Numbered from the stretch's first letter, positions 23,026-36,420 are shown. The stretch is 64,000 nt of DNA from Cyanophora paradoxa CCMP329 (GCA_004431415.1 QPMI01000306.1:1-64000), one strand, 5' to 3'. Made by a program: numbers and translations. Notes: generated by a model not told the origin, from the letters alone.

Positions 23026-24240
23026 TCTGTGGGAATATGCCCAAGGCGCTAGCCTTCCCCCCACCCACCCACAAGTCACTAAATCAAAAGCCCCAGGTTT
23101 CCAATCTGCCAGAAAAAAGAAGAAAGATGCACCCCAAATCTCTCTGGGGGAATATGCTCAAGGTGCTAGCCTTACGAAGATGACCCACCCACCAGCAAGT
23201 CACTCAGTCGAAGGCCCCAGGTTCAGGATCTGTGACAAAATCAAAGAGAGATGCACCCCAAATCTCTCTGGGGGAATATGCACAAGGTGCTAGCCTTATG
23301 CAGATGACCCACCTAAAAGCAAGTCACTCAGTCCAAGGCCCCTGGTTCAGGATCTGTGACAAAATCAAAGAAAGATGCACCCCAAATCTCTCTGGGGGAA
23401 TATGCACAAGGTGCTAGCCTTAGGCAGATGACCCACCCACCCACAGGTCACTCAGTCAAAGGCCCCAGGTTTCCAATCTGCCAGAAAATAGAAGAAAGAT
23501 GCACTTAAAATCTCTCTGGGGGAATATGCACAAGGCGCTAGCCTTAGGCAGATGACCCACCCACCAGCAAGTCACTAAATCAAAAGCCCCAGGTTTCCAA
23601 TCTGCCAGAAAAAAGAAGAAAGATGCACCCCAAATCTCTCTGGGGGAATATGCACAAGGCGCTAGCCTTAGGCAGATGACCCACCCACCAGCAAGTCACT
23701 AAATCAAAAGCCCCAGGTTTCCAATCTGCCAGAAAAAAGAAGAAAGATGCACCCCAAATCTCTCTGGGGGAATATGCACAAGGCGCTAGCCTTAGGCAGA
23801 TGACCCACCCACCCGCAAGTCACTAAATCAAAAGCCCCAGGTTTCCAATCTGCCAGAAAAAAGAAGAAAGATGCACCCCAAATCTCTCTGGGGGAATATG
23901 CACAAGGCGCTAGCCTTAGGCAGATGACCCACCCACCTGCAAGTCACTAAATCAAAAGCCCCAGGTTTCCAATCTGCCAGAAAAAAGAAGAAAGATGCAC
24001 CCCAAATCTCTCTGGGGGAATATGCACAAGGTGCTAGCCTTAGGAAGATGACCCACCCACCAGCAAGACACTCAGTCGAAGGCCCCAGGTTCAGGATCTG
24101 TGACAAAATCAAAGAGAGATGCACCCCAAATCTCTCTGGGGGAATATGCACAAGGTGCTAGATGACCCACCTTAAAGCAAGTCACTCAGTCGAAGGCCCC
24201 AGGATTCCAATCTGCCAGAAAAAAGAAGAAACATGCACCC
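23026..24240 (-). repeat. Sat124 block, inverted orientation
   Basis: Reverse-complement monomers. Confidence 0.96.
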
Positions 24241-24417
24241 ACACCGGCTGAGTGTAGAGTTAAGGCCGGATGACGTAGTTGTAGCAATCTACGAGCGGGA
24301 AGTTCTCCTTGATAAAGACCTGGTGGTGAAGGCCGAGGTTTGAGAGCTCTTTCTCGAGATGCGCAAGGAGCTCTGGAGGCCGTGGGACGCAGTTCTGAAG
24401 GCGAGAGGCGGGGATGT

Positions 24418-25510
24418 CATCTTTCTTTGATTTGCGGGTGGGTGGGTCATCTGCCTAAGGCTAGCACCTTGTGCATATTCCCCCAGAGAGATTTGGGGTA
24501 AATCTTTCTTCTTTTTTCTGGCAGATTGGAAACCTGGGGCCTTTGACTGAGTGACTTGTGGGTGGGTGGATCATCTGCCTAAGGCTAGCGCCTTGTGCAT
24601 ATTCGCCAGAGAGATTTGAAGTGCATCTTTCTTCTATTTTGTGGCAGATCTTAAACCTGGGGCCTTCGACTGAGTAACTTGCTGGTGGGTGGGTTCATCT
24701 TCTGAAGGCTAGCGCCTTGGGCATATTCCCCCAGAGAGATTTGGGGTGCATGTTTCTTCTTTTTTCTGGCAGATTGGAAACCTGGGGCCTTTGACTGAGT
24801 GACTTGTGGGTGGGTGGGTCATCTTCCTAAGGCTAGCGCCTTGGGCATATTCCCCCAGAGAGATTTGAAGTGCATCTTTCTTCTTTTTTGTGGCAGATTG
24901 GAAACCTGGGGCCTTCGACTGAGTGACTTGCTGGTTGGTGGGTCATCTGCCTAAGGCTAGCGCCTTGTGCATATTCCCCCAGAGAGATTTGGGGTGCATC
25001 TTTCTTCTTTTTTCTGGCAGATTGGAAACCTGGGGCCTTTGACTGAGTGACCTGCGGGTGGGTGGGTCATCTTCCTAAGGCTAGCGCCTTGTGCATATTC
25101 CCCCAGAGAGATTTGGGGTGCATCTTTCTTCTTTTTTCTGGCAGATTGGAAACCTGGGGCCTTCAACTGAGTGACTTGCTGGTTGGTGGGTTTATCTGCC
25201 TAAGGCTAGCGCCTTGTGCATATTCCCCCAGAGAGATTTGGGGTGCATCTTTCTTCTTTTTTCTGGCAGATTGGAAACCTGGGGCTTTTGATTAAGTGAC
25301 TTGTGGGTGGGTGGGTCATCTTCCTAAGGCTAGCGCCTTGTGCATATTCCCCCAGAGAGATTTGGGGTGCATCTTTCTTCTATTTTCTGGCAGATCGGAA
25401 ACCTGGGGCCTTTGACTGAGTGACTTGCTGGTGGGTGGGTCATCTTCCTAAGGCTAGCGCCTTGTGCATATTCCCCCAGAGAGATTTGGGGTGCATCTTT
25501 TTTCTTTTTT
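24418..25510 (+). repeat. Sat124 block
   Basis: Monomers. Confidence 0.96.
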
Positions 25511-26734
25511 CGAACGATTGCGATCAAAATTTTAAGATCCACGAGACTGGTCACGCCAGCTATCACCGCGAGGGCGATACTGCAACTGGCGAGACAACTG
25601 ATCCATGCGATCCAAAATAATAGAAGAAGTGCGACGAGAGTCGTCGAGCAACTCATCAAATTGCTGGCGAGCTTCGTGCCGAATCTCGCTCAATTGGCGA
25701 CGAGTTTCGTCACGAAGTGAATCAAGCTTATCATCCACCTTCAAAGAAAACTGTTTAAGCTTCGATTCGACTCGCTCATCAATCAGAGACTCAATACGCT
25801 CCGAAGTGAGAGCGTTCAATCCAGAAACATTTTTCGGCGATCCAAAGGGAAGAGAAGCAATTCCAAAAGGAGAAACAGAAGAAAAAGAGGAAGTGCGATC
25901 CGTCCAGAGCCTGCGCAGCCGACGCAAAAAGCGAAGTTTATTGTCGTCCAATTCAGCAGGCAGCTCACCCAACTTAAGATCATCACTCCAAATTTGTTTC
26001 ACCACAACTTTCTCGAGAATACCAGCTTCTTCCGCCCGCTTCATCTTCTCCACAGCAAAGTCCTCAAAATTGACTTGAGTACCAGCCTGGAGACAAGCAC
26101 TCTGGTATGTGTAAGACCAGAAATTGCGAGCAGAGTCCGTCTGGACATCCGAATGCATAAAGTGATCCTCGAACTTCTTGAGAAAAGTAGTCCAATTGTC
26201 ACATTCAAGGACCACTCGAGAAAAGTCATGGGCCCCAGCTGCCTCATTGAAGACAGACTGGAGTTTCAACTGCACATGCGGCCAAGCATAGTCGAAATCA
26301 GCCTTCGCCTGAGCCGTCCATGTGGAGTAGGGAGTGGTGTCCACAGTGGGAAGGACATGGATCGCCTTCAGCACATCGCGAACATTTTTAAGGAATCTAG
26401 AAGGAGCAGAATACTCGAACTTGGGAAGAAGAAGATTGCGCAGGAGCGGCTTAATCAAGTCCACCCTAGGCAGGGCAGCCATGATGTCCTCCTGGTCAAT
26501 ATCCACAGAGACGTTGTCCTCGTCGGCCAGCCTTCCTGCCTGTGCGGAGAGCAGGATAGCTTTATCAATACAGTCGTTAACTATGGACCTAACGAAGGGT
26601 CCAAGCCTACCACGGTACACAGCACGAATAGTGTCGCTTGACGAGGCCAGTGTTCAAGAAAACATTTCAGATCGTTCCAAAAGAAAGAAAGAGAGATTTA
26701 GAGAGATTCCAAAAGGAAAGAAAAGAGACAACTC
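25511..26734 (-). pseudogene. gag: Gypsy family B gag fragment with part of the leader, no LTR or TSD
   Basis: ORF 25532-26620 is nearly identical to 34660-35811. Confidence 0.92.
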
Positions 26735-28260
26735 TAGGTTGGGTCATCTGCCTAAGGCTAGCACCTTGTGCATATTCCCCCAGAGAGATTTGGGGTGCAT
26801 CTTTCTTCTTTTTTCTGGCAGATTGGAAACCTGGGGCTTTTGATTTAGTGACTTGCTGGTGGGTGGGTCATCTGCCTAAGGCTAGCGCCTTGGGCATATT
26901 CCCCCAGAGAGATTTGGGGTGCATCTTTCTTCTTTTTTCTGGCAGATTGGAAACCTGGGGCTTTTGATTTAGTGACTTGTGGGTGGGTGGGTCATCTGCC
27001 TAAGGCTAGCGCCTTGTGCATATTCCCCCAGAGAGATTTGGGGTGCATCTTTCTTCTTTTTTCTGGCAGATTGGAAACCTGGGGCCTTTGACTGAGTGAC
27101 TTGTGGGTGGGTGGGTCATCTGCCTAAGGCTAGCGCCTTGTGCATATTCCCCCAGAGAGATTTGGGGTGCATCTTTCTTTGATTTTGTCACAGATCCTGA
27201 ACCAGGGGCCTTGGACTGAGTGACTTGCTTTTAGGTGGGTCATCTGCATAAGGCTAGCACCTTGTGCATATTCCCCCAGAGAGATTTGGGGTGCATCTCT
27301 CTTTGATTTTGTCACAGATCCTGAACCTGGGGCCTTCGACTGAGTGACTTGTGGGTGGGTGGGTCATCTTCCTAAGGCTAGCACCTTGTGCATATTCCCC
27401 CAGAGAGATTTGGGGTGCATCTTTCTTTGATTTTGTCACAGATCCTGAACCTGGGGCCTTTGACTGAGTGACTTGCGGGTGGGTGGGTCATCTGCCTAAG
27501 GCTAGCACCTTGTGCATATTCCCCCAGAGAGATTTGGGGTGCATGTTTCTTCTTTTTTCTGGCAGATTGGAAACCTGGGGCCTTCGACTGAGTGACTTGC
27601 TTTTAGGTGGGTCATCTGCATAAGGCGAGCGCCTTGTGCATATTCCCCCAGAGAGATTTGGGGTGCATCTTTTTTCTTTTTTCTGGCAGATTGGAAACCT
27701 GGGGCTTTTGATTTAGTGACTTGTGGGTGGGTGGGTCATCTTCCTAAGGCTAGCGCCTTGGGCATATTCCCCCAGAGAGATTTGGGGTGCATGTTTCTTC
27801 TTTTTTCTGGCAGATTGGAAACCTGGGGCCTTTGACTGAGTGACTTGCGGGTGGGTGGGTCATCTGCCTAAGGCTAGCGCCTTGTGCATATTCCCCCAGA
27901 GAGATTTGGGGTGCATCTTTCTTCTTTTTTCTGGCAGATTGGAAACCTGGGGCCTTCGACTGAGTGACTTGCTGGTGGGTGGGTCATCTGCCTAAGGCTA
28001 GCGCCTTGTGCATATTCCCCCAGAGAGATTTGGGGTGCATCTTTCTTTGATTTTGTCACAGATCCTGAACCTGGGGCCTTCGACTGAGTGACTTGCTGGT
28101 GGGTGGGTCATCTTCCTAAGGCTAGCGCCTTGTGCATATTCCCCCAGAGAGATTTGGGGTGCATCTTTCTTCTTTTTTCTGGCAGATTGGAAACCTGGGG
28201 CTTTTGATTTAGTGACTTGTGGGTGGGTGGGTCATCTTCCTAAGGCTAGCGCCTTGGGCA
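26735..28260 (+). repeat. Sat124 block
   Basis: Monomers; shares diagnostic variants with 23026-24240 in inverted orientation. Confidence 0.96.
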
Positions 28261-30271
28261 TGTCCCGTAGTACACTATGGGTTCACACGCTGATGTACCA
28301 GGACAAGTTCCTGGACACCACACTGTATTTCCACCCAACACACCAACTGAGGGGCAAGCCCCTACACATCAGGCTAATCTCGGGTACATCAGGGGGTACT
28401 ATGACACACTGACTTAGGCGAACTACGCTTCAGCTCAACTCGCTCTGTAGTAAGAAAAGGCGACGTCCTCGCTCGCCAATAAGTAAAGAAAGAATCTGAT
28501 CAGTCCAAGGCGCCATGCGGGAAGCATGAACCATAATGCGAGATTTCAATTTGGGCGCATCGCGAGCCTTAGGCCCAGCATACTCCACAAGAAAAGTAAC
28601 ACCTTTTCCATGAGAAACTTCCTTCAAAATAATCCAAGGCCCAGTGTAGCGAGGGGACAACTTGTCAGAGCGACGAGTCGATGGGATCCGAACTTTCACG
28701 AATTCTCCAGGGAGGTACAACTGCTTAAGATTCGTTTGAGTAGCCAAATAGTCATTTTTAACTCCTTGGATGTCCGAATAAATCCGTGAAAATCTGCGAG
28801 CCAACTGCTGCGGGTATGAACCAGCATCAGTAGGATCCAGAACAAGTTCAGGGGTCACCAACAAATCCGTCGGCAAAACACAAGGCCGTCCATAAACCAT
28901 TTCGAAAGGAGAATTACCAGTCGAAGGGTTTTTATAGTTGCGCACAGCGAGAAGTGCGAAAGGTAAATGTTTGTCCCAAGTCTTGGGATTGTCCTCAATG
29001 TAAAAACGAAGCCGAGTGACCAAAATGTCGTTGAATTTCTCGACTGCACCCTGAGACTGCGGGTGATAGGCGGAAGACATAATAGGCTTTATTTTAAAGA
29101 GCCGCTCCAACTCGGCAAGTAAGAAATTGCTAAATTCACCGCCTTGATCAGACGAAATCTTTACCGGTACTCCGTGCAACGGGATCCAGTGATCAAATAA
29201 CGCTCGAATAACAGAATGCGCAGATTTGGTCCGAGCGGGAACCGCATGACTCCAACGAGTGAAAACATCGGTAATCGTAATCAAATATTCGTTTCCAGCT
29301 GAAGTTCTAGGAAGCGGACCAACGATATCAATTTCAATATGTTGCATAGGTCCGTCGGAATGGATTTGAAATTGCGGAACATCTTTCGTTTGCTTCGATA
29401 CCTTGATGCGCTGACAATCGGCGCACCGAGAAACCAAATCAACTACGTCGGCGAACATGTTCCGCCAATAATAACGCCGCTTAATGTGATCGAACATTTT
29501 TCCAATCCCAGGGTGTCCAAGAGAACGATGAACTGTACTAAGAACTGTTTCGCGCAAATGCTCCGGTACGCAAATACGCGTAAGTGCACCCACTGCACGC
29601 TGATGAACCAATACGCCATCGCGAAGAGCAAACTTATTTGTTTTCAAGAGGCGCTCGGCCTCCTTGTTGGGTCCAAGGGGCTCGACAGTAATGTCGGCCT
29701 CCAAATATTTGATCATGTCCGATAAAATAACATCTTTTAATTGCTCAAGTCTTATCTGAGCCGGTGATAAACTCAATTGAATTTCCACTGCATCCAGAAA
29801 AGCGGAAAAGATGGGCGAAGTCACCTCCATCGCCTCTAAAGCATTTACCGCCGTCCGCACAAGTCTGGAGAGCGCATCGGCATCGGCATTCGACTTGCCG
29901 GGCTTGTACTGAATTTCAAAATTGAACGGTTGCATATCCAAAACCCAGCGAGTGATCCGAGCACTCGGCAAATTCTTTGCCGCCTTGAAGTACTGGAGAG
30001 CAGAGTGGTCCGATTTAATAATAAATTTCTGTCCACGCAAATAATGAGAAAACTTTTTAGTCACTGCCCACCAAATCGCATACAACTCCTGTTCAGTGAC
30101 CGTCCACTTCTGCTGATCCTCAGTGAGAGGTTCAGCCGCATACTCAATAACAACTTCCTTATTCCATTTCTTCTCCGCTGATGTAAATTTGTGAGAAGCA
30201 AATTGCACAAACTTTTCATTTCCAGATGAGTCCACCTGAGAGAGAACTGCCCCTACTCCAACTTTTGAGGC
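28261..30271 (-). mobile_element. pol: Gypsy family D 3' fragment: RNase H, integrase (HHCC, DDE, GPY/F), partial 3' LTR (~28261-28437)
   Basis: ORF 28430-30235: HRSLGHPG..CADC, HIEID, SSDQGGEF, AVEKFN, RYTGPW. LTR-like start TGAGCTGAAGCGTAGTTC resembles the family B LTR start, so D may be close to B. Confidence 0.92.
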
Positions 30272-31433
30272 GTCTGCCTAAGGCTAGCGCCTTGTGCATA
30301 TTCCCCCAGAGAGATTTTGGGTGCATCTTTCTTCTATTTTGTGGCAGATGAGAAACCTGGGGCCTTCGACTGGGTGACTTGCTGGTGGGTGGGTAATCTG
30401 CCTAAGGCTAGCGCCGTTTGCATATTCCCCCAGAGAGATTTGGGGTGCATCTTTCTTCTATTTTGTGGCAGATGAGAAACCTGCGGCCTCCGACTGGGTG
30501 ACTTGCTGATGGGTGGGTCATCTGCCTAAGGCTAGCGCCTTCTGCATATTCCCCCAGAGAGATTTGGGGTGCGTCTTTCTTCTTTTTTGTGGCAGATGAG
30601 AAACCTGCGGTCTCTGACTGGGTGACTTGCTGGTGGGTGGGTCATCTTCCCAAGGCTAGCGCCTTGTGCATATTCCCCCAGAGAGATTTGGGGTGCATCT
30701 TTCTTCTATTTTGTGGCAGATTGGAAACCTGGGGCCTTTGACTGAGTGACTTGCTGGTGGGTGGGTCATCTGCCTAAGGCTAGCGCCTGATGCATATCCC
30801 CCCAGAGAGATTTGGGGTGCATCTTTCTTCTATTTTCTGGCAGATCAGAAACCTGGGGCCTCTGACTGAGTGACTTGCTGGTGGGTGGGTCATCTGCCTA
30901 AGGCTAGCGCCTTGTGCATGTTCCCGGAGATATTTGGGGTGCATCTTTCTTCTTTTTTGTGGCAGATCGGAAACCTGGGGTTTTTGATTGAGTGACTTGC
31001 TTTTGGGAGGGTCATCTGCCTAAGGCTAGCGCCTTGTGCATATTCCCCCAGAGAGATTTGAAGTGCATCTTTCTTCTATTTTGTGGCAGATCAGAAACCT
31101 GGGGCCTTTGACTGAGTGACTTGCTGGTGGGTGGGTCATCTTAAGGCTAGTGCCTTGTGCATATTCCCCCAGAGAGATTTGGGGTGCATCTTTCTTCTAT
31201 TTTGTGGCAGACCGGAAACCTGGGGCCTTCGACTGAGTGACTTGCTGGTGGGTGGGTCATCTGCCAAAGGCTAGAGCCTTGTGCATATTCCCCCAGAGAG
31301 ATTTTGGGTGCATTTTTCTTCTATTTTGTGGCAGATGAGAAACCTGGGGCCTTTGACTGAGTGACTTGCTGGTGGGTGGGTCATCTTCCTAAGGCTAGCG
31401 CCTTGTGCATATTCCCCCAGAGAGATTTGAAGT
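30272..31433 (+). repeat. Sat124 block
   Basis: Monomers. Confidence 0.96.
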
Positions 31434-32312
31434 GATGCTGCTAGAAACAACATATTCCTTGTGACACATTTTAATCGTTCCTTCCTCCATGATGCTGCTA
31501 GAAACAAGGCCCTGAATGACTATTTTAATTTCAGTTGGGCATTTGCATCGTGGGAGATACAATTTTGACAGGTCTGGAAATCGAAATGACACATATCGCC
31601 CTTCTTCACAGCAGCGTGGGCGCTCTGCTGAGCGTTCAATGGATTCCCAGGCTCGAGCGAGCTCGCAGACTCGCTCTGCGCAGGGAAACTAACTACCCAG
31701 CCCGGCTTCGGCCACCAGGCTGGGGCGGTTTCTAGTCTTCCCCCAACAAGTCTTGCTGCAGTTGGCAGCAAGAGTCCTAGATTAATCACATTCTATGAGT
31801 TTGAGCGACTGGTTCTCACCCTGTCAGGAGCAGGAGCTGTCCGCAGTGCAGATGCTCTTGATCCTGGCAGCGGTGCCTTCAGTTTCTGTTACTTCTCCAA
31901 ATTTGTCAAGCGATTTTGTTGTTACTCAAGCCCGGGGCCCGGGTGCACTGCATGACCATTCCTCTCGGATACATGAACATTCTGGTGAGTCAAAGGCGAG
32001 TACAGATCTCAAGCAATGTCAGGGATCCGACAAGCCAAACGACATGCCTGCTCGTGTGGTTCAAGTATCTTCAACACAGGGCCACCTGGAAGAAAGAGAC
32101 CTCTTTGCTACGAAGCAGCCTCAGTTGAGCTTGCATCCTCTGCCAAAAAGGCACTATACTCTCAGTGGTCCCTTCCAGAAGTTAGAACAGGACAGTTGAG
32201 CAGTTTGTGTCGTGGATGGTCAAATGCAGTTGGTGAATGGTAAGTCTCCCTCAACTGATCCAAGTGTGCAGCCTGCAGTCGTGGGTCGGCGATTTGCTCC
32301 ACTTGCACCTGG
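31434..32312 (+). pseudogene. Gypsy family A fragments (gag piece with internal deletion, frameshift site, pre-protease pol)
   Basis: Reverse complement of ~17360-17460 joined to ~16120-16895; GGGAAAC TAA plus hairpin at ~31683-31725. Confidence 0.9.
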
Positions 32313-35300
32313 TAACTGAATTCAATTTGCGATAATCAATGCAAAATCGAAGAGATCCATCCTTCTTGCGCACAAGGACCACAGGGGCGGCCCAAGGTGA
32401 GCGAGAGGGACGAATAAGATTGCGAGACAGCAACTTTTTGGTCTCATCGATAATAAATTCTCGTTCAGTCTGCGAGTGCCTCCGAGGGGGCTCCGCGAGG
32501 GGTGCTTGATCGGGGGATGAGGCGCACTTGGGTCGTACGGAGGGAGCGCAGCCTTGGCCAAGTCCCAGTTCTGTGAGAGGAAGTCAGCCATGACAGCGCG
32601 CTCCGCAGGCGTATCATCCCGACTGCCAATATCGACGGCTCGGAGAGCATCAATAATGTCGGCGCCATATCGTTGCCGCAATTCATCGAAAATAATATTC
32701 GAAGCTTTATCGATCGGAACAGCGTTCAAATGCGAAAAACTACCTAACTTCTCCTCATATGGATATGAACACTCGGGAAGACCTACCCTATCAAAAACAT
32801 TTTTCGAAGCATTCTCGGACTCCGGTGAACGTTTTGGAGGCGCGATTTCCACAAAAGAATTGTCAAGACTTGCAATGAGTCTGCGCAAGTGTACTGAGCA
32901 GAGTATGTTGAGCTCGAAGGCGACGGAACCTCGCCAGGCCGGTCGACCTTTACATACTTGCCGTTCCCATCTTGATCATAACTCAGATTAAGAGCCATGT
33001 CAAATACTTCAGCTTCGAGGTTTTTCTCAGGGACAAATCGTGCGATTGCACGGCCCTTTTTCAAAACAACTGGTCGTTCGGAAAAACGATTGCTCAAATT
33101 CGAAACTAAAGCATTAACTTTGCCTCCACGACACGCAGCAAGTCCATTTGCCACACGGATTTCCTGATTGTCGTCCCATTTGTAGAAGTTGACAAGAAAA
33201 CCTTCACAATCCGGCAAATAGCGGTTGCCTCCGACTTGCAGTTCAACCTTCCGTTGCACGCCAGGTTCAATTTTGCCTCCACGACACGCAGCAAGTCCAT
33301 TTGCCACACGGACCTCCTGATTGTCGTCCCATTTGTAGAAGTTGACAAGAAAACCTTCACAATCCGGCAAATAGCGGTTGCCTCCGACTTGCAGTTCAAC
33401 CTTCCGTTGCACGCCAGGTTCAATTTTAACCTCCCTTGCAACCTCCAGAATATGACCATGCTCCTTGGACACTCTGCAAGTGCTGGAGTTGTCCGAGGGG
33501 TCAGATTCTGGTGTCTCTGGCAACAGAGAACTCGGCTGCGTAGAGGTGCCAGGTAAGAAAGAGAGAATATCACACTTAACTGGATTGTCTGGGTGTTTGG
33601 CGAAGACCACAAATCGGTTGTCAGCATCCTTATTGCAATAGGTGACTGCATTATCAGAAAAGTAATCTTGGCCTAAGATGCCATCGAATGCGTATCCCGG
33701 GAAATCAACCACAAGAAAAGGAAAACTCGGAGTGAGGGGCCCAATAGTAGCAGCCACATGAACCTCACCAGGAACAGCCACCAGTGCAGAATTCGGGAGC
33801 TTGACAGAAGGAGTGTGAATAGTTTTAAACACCTTATTTTGAAGTCCAAGAGAAGAGATTGTAGAAGAAAGAATGAAAGAGACATCTGCCCCGCTGTCGA
33901 GAAGGAATTTGTGATGTTTGCCCTGAATGACAACGTCCAGAGTTGACCTCCCCGGAGCTGAGGTCATGAAGCGACGCGGCCCTGCGAATGCAGGCTCAGC
34001 AGGAGGGCTCTGGGAGTCCAGAGAACAAATTTCAATTGAGGCTCAGCCATTATCATCAAAAGACAACTTCAGGGAAACCGGCTTCGAATTATTTGCAGAT
34101 GATATAAAATGCTTTTTAGCAGGGGCATCTCGTTTCCATCGCAGCTCATCAGAAAAGAAATTCGAAAAGGACTTCTGTTCCAATTTTCCACGATTTCCAC
34201 TAACTACCACTACTCTACTAGCACTTTTCGAGTCATCCAAAGCATTTTTAATTCCACGCGAATGCGCTTGACCAAAACCAGCACGAATGTCTGGGCGAAT
34301 TTCCACTGAAGCAACCTCATGGATAATGGGATCATTCTCTTGAAGGGTAACATCGGGACCAGAAGAAGAAATAGGAGAAGAAGATTGAGAAGCATCCAAG
34401 GAAGGGAAAGGGAAAGCGCGGGCGACCGACAACGACTGCCGCTTCAAGAACTCATTGAGAGTAATCAAAGGCAGCAACGATCGCAGTCCATTCGCTGCGC
34501 CGACAATGGCTGGTTTCTTGGCCGCCCCAGCCTGGCGGGCAGAAACAGGCTGGTTTAGGCGTTTTTCGCCGGGCGGGGCTGCGAACCGCCCCGACCCTTA
34601 GGGTCAGACGACGACCCACGGCGCTCAGCAGAGCGACCGCGATAACCACCCGAAGAATTTCAATTGCGAGAGTCATTTCCAGAATTACCAAATTTGTCAT
34701 TCGAACGATTGCGATCAAAATTGTAATTTCCACGAGGCTGGTCACGCCAGCTATCACCGCGAGGGCGATACTGCAACTGGCGAGACAACCGGTCCATGCG
34801 ATCCAAAATAATAGAAGAAGTGCGACGAGAATCATCGCGCAACTCGTCAAACTGCTGGCGAGCTTCGTGCCGAATCTCGCTCAATTGGCGACGAGTTTCG
34901 TCACGAAGTGAATCAAGCTTATCATCCACCTTCAAAGAAAACTGTTTAAGCTTCGATTCGACTCGCTCATCAATCAGAGACTCAATACGCTCCGAAGTGA
35001 GAGCGTTCAATCCAGAAACATTTTTCGAAGATCCAAAAGGAAGAGAAGCAATTCCAAAAGGAGAAACCGAAGAAAAAGAGGAAGTGCGATCGGTCCAAAG
35101 ACTGCGCAGCCGACGCAAAAAGCAAAGTTTGTTGTCGTCCAATTCAGCAGGCAGCTCACCCAACTTCAGATCATCACTCCAAATTTGTTTCACCACATCT
35201 TTCTCGAGAATGCCAGCTTCCTCCGCTCGCTTCATCTTCTCCACAGCAAAGTCCTCAAAATTGACTTGAGTACCAGCCTGGAGACAAGCACTCTGGTATG

Positions 35301-36420
35301 TGTAGGAACAGAAATTGCGAGCAGAATCCGTCTGGACATCCGAATGCATAAAATGATCCTCGAACTTCTTGAGAAAAGTAGTCCAATTGTCACATTCAAG
35401 GACCACTCGAGAAAAGTCATGGGCCCCAGCTGCCTCGTTGAAGACAGACTGGAGTTTCAACTGCACATGCGGCCAAGCATAGTCAAAATCAACCTTTGCC
35501 TGAGCCGTCCATGTGGAGTAGGGAGTGGTGTCCGCAGTGGGGAGGACATAGATTGCCTTCAACACGTCACGAACGTTTTTGAGGAATCTAGAAGGAGCAG
35601 AATACTCGAATTTGGGCAGATTGAGGTTGCGCAGGAGCGGCTTAATCAGGTCCACCCTAGGCTGGGCAGCCATGATGTCCTCCTGGTCAATGTCCACAGA
35701 GACGTTGTCCTCGTCAGCCAGCCTTCCTGCCAGTGCGGAGAGCAGGATAGCTTTATTAATACAGTTGTTAACTAAGGACCTAGCGAAGGGTCCAAGCCTA
35801 CGACGGTACACAGCACGAATAGTGTCGCTTGACGAGGCCAGTGTTCAAGAAAGCATTTCAGATCGTTCCAAAAGAAAGAAAGAGAGATATTAAGAGATTC
35901 CAAAAGGAAAGAAAAGAGACAACTCCGCAAACTCAAGGGATTCCACGGAAAACGGAGGTATCACAAGCACACGACCTCGGCCAGCCGGCCAAGAGCGCAC
36001 ACAGCTTCGAAAATGAGATCCATGAGTGAATCGCGATGCAACAAGCTTTTGTTCTTCGCAAAATGGCGGAATCGACAATGAAAGGTCGCAGTGCGCAAAT
36101 CGCTGGAGAACGCACTGTAAGCGTATACGCAATCAGAGGAACGATGCGCAGACGCTGTGAGACCGCTGTGTCGAACACGCTGCCACGAAATACAATGGCT
36201 TCCGGCGGCAGCCCCGCTGATAAGAAGCTGTTAGAAGCTATACGATGGGTTCTTAGCCACTTCCGCACACGGCGCAGTGCCGTGCCGGGACGCACGTGCA
36301 CACACGCGTAATATCCGCGTATGATTGAATGACATACCCCTACACTAGGGATGTGGTATCACTAGCGTACATGGTACATTCGCTATGGCGAAAGGGGAAG
36401 GGGAACTACGATTCTCGACA
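32313..36420 (-). mobile_element. Gypsy family B 5' half: LTR, leader, gag, pol (PR, dUTPase-like spacer, RT start), degenerate
   Basis: LTR start TGTCGAGAATCGTAG at 36420; gag 34555-35811; pol ORFs 34043-34477, 32783-33967 and 32251-32433; a ~150 bp tandem duplication at ~33120-33420. Confidence 0.93.
34555..35811 (-). pseudogene. gag: Family B Gag with premature TGA at 34660-34662; natural stop TAA at 34555-34557
   Basis: The frame continues NSSGGYRGRSAERRGSSSDPKGRGGSQPRPAKNA* to G AAA AAC GCC TAA plus the CCAGCCTG...CAGGCTGG hairpin. Confidence 0.85.
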
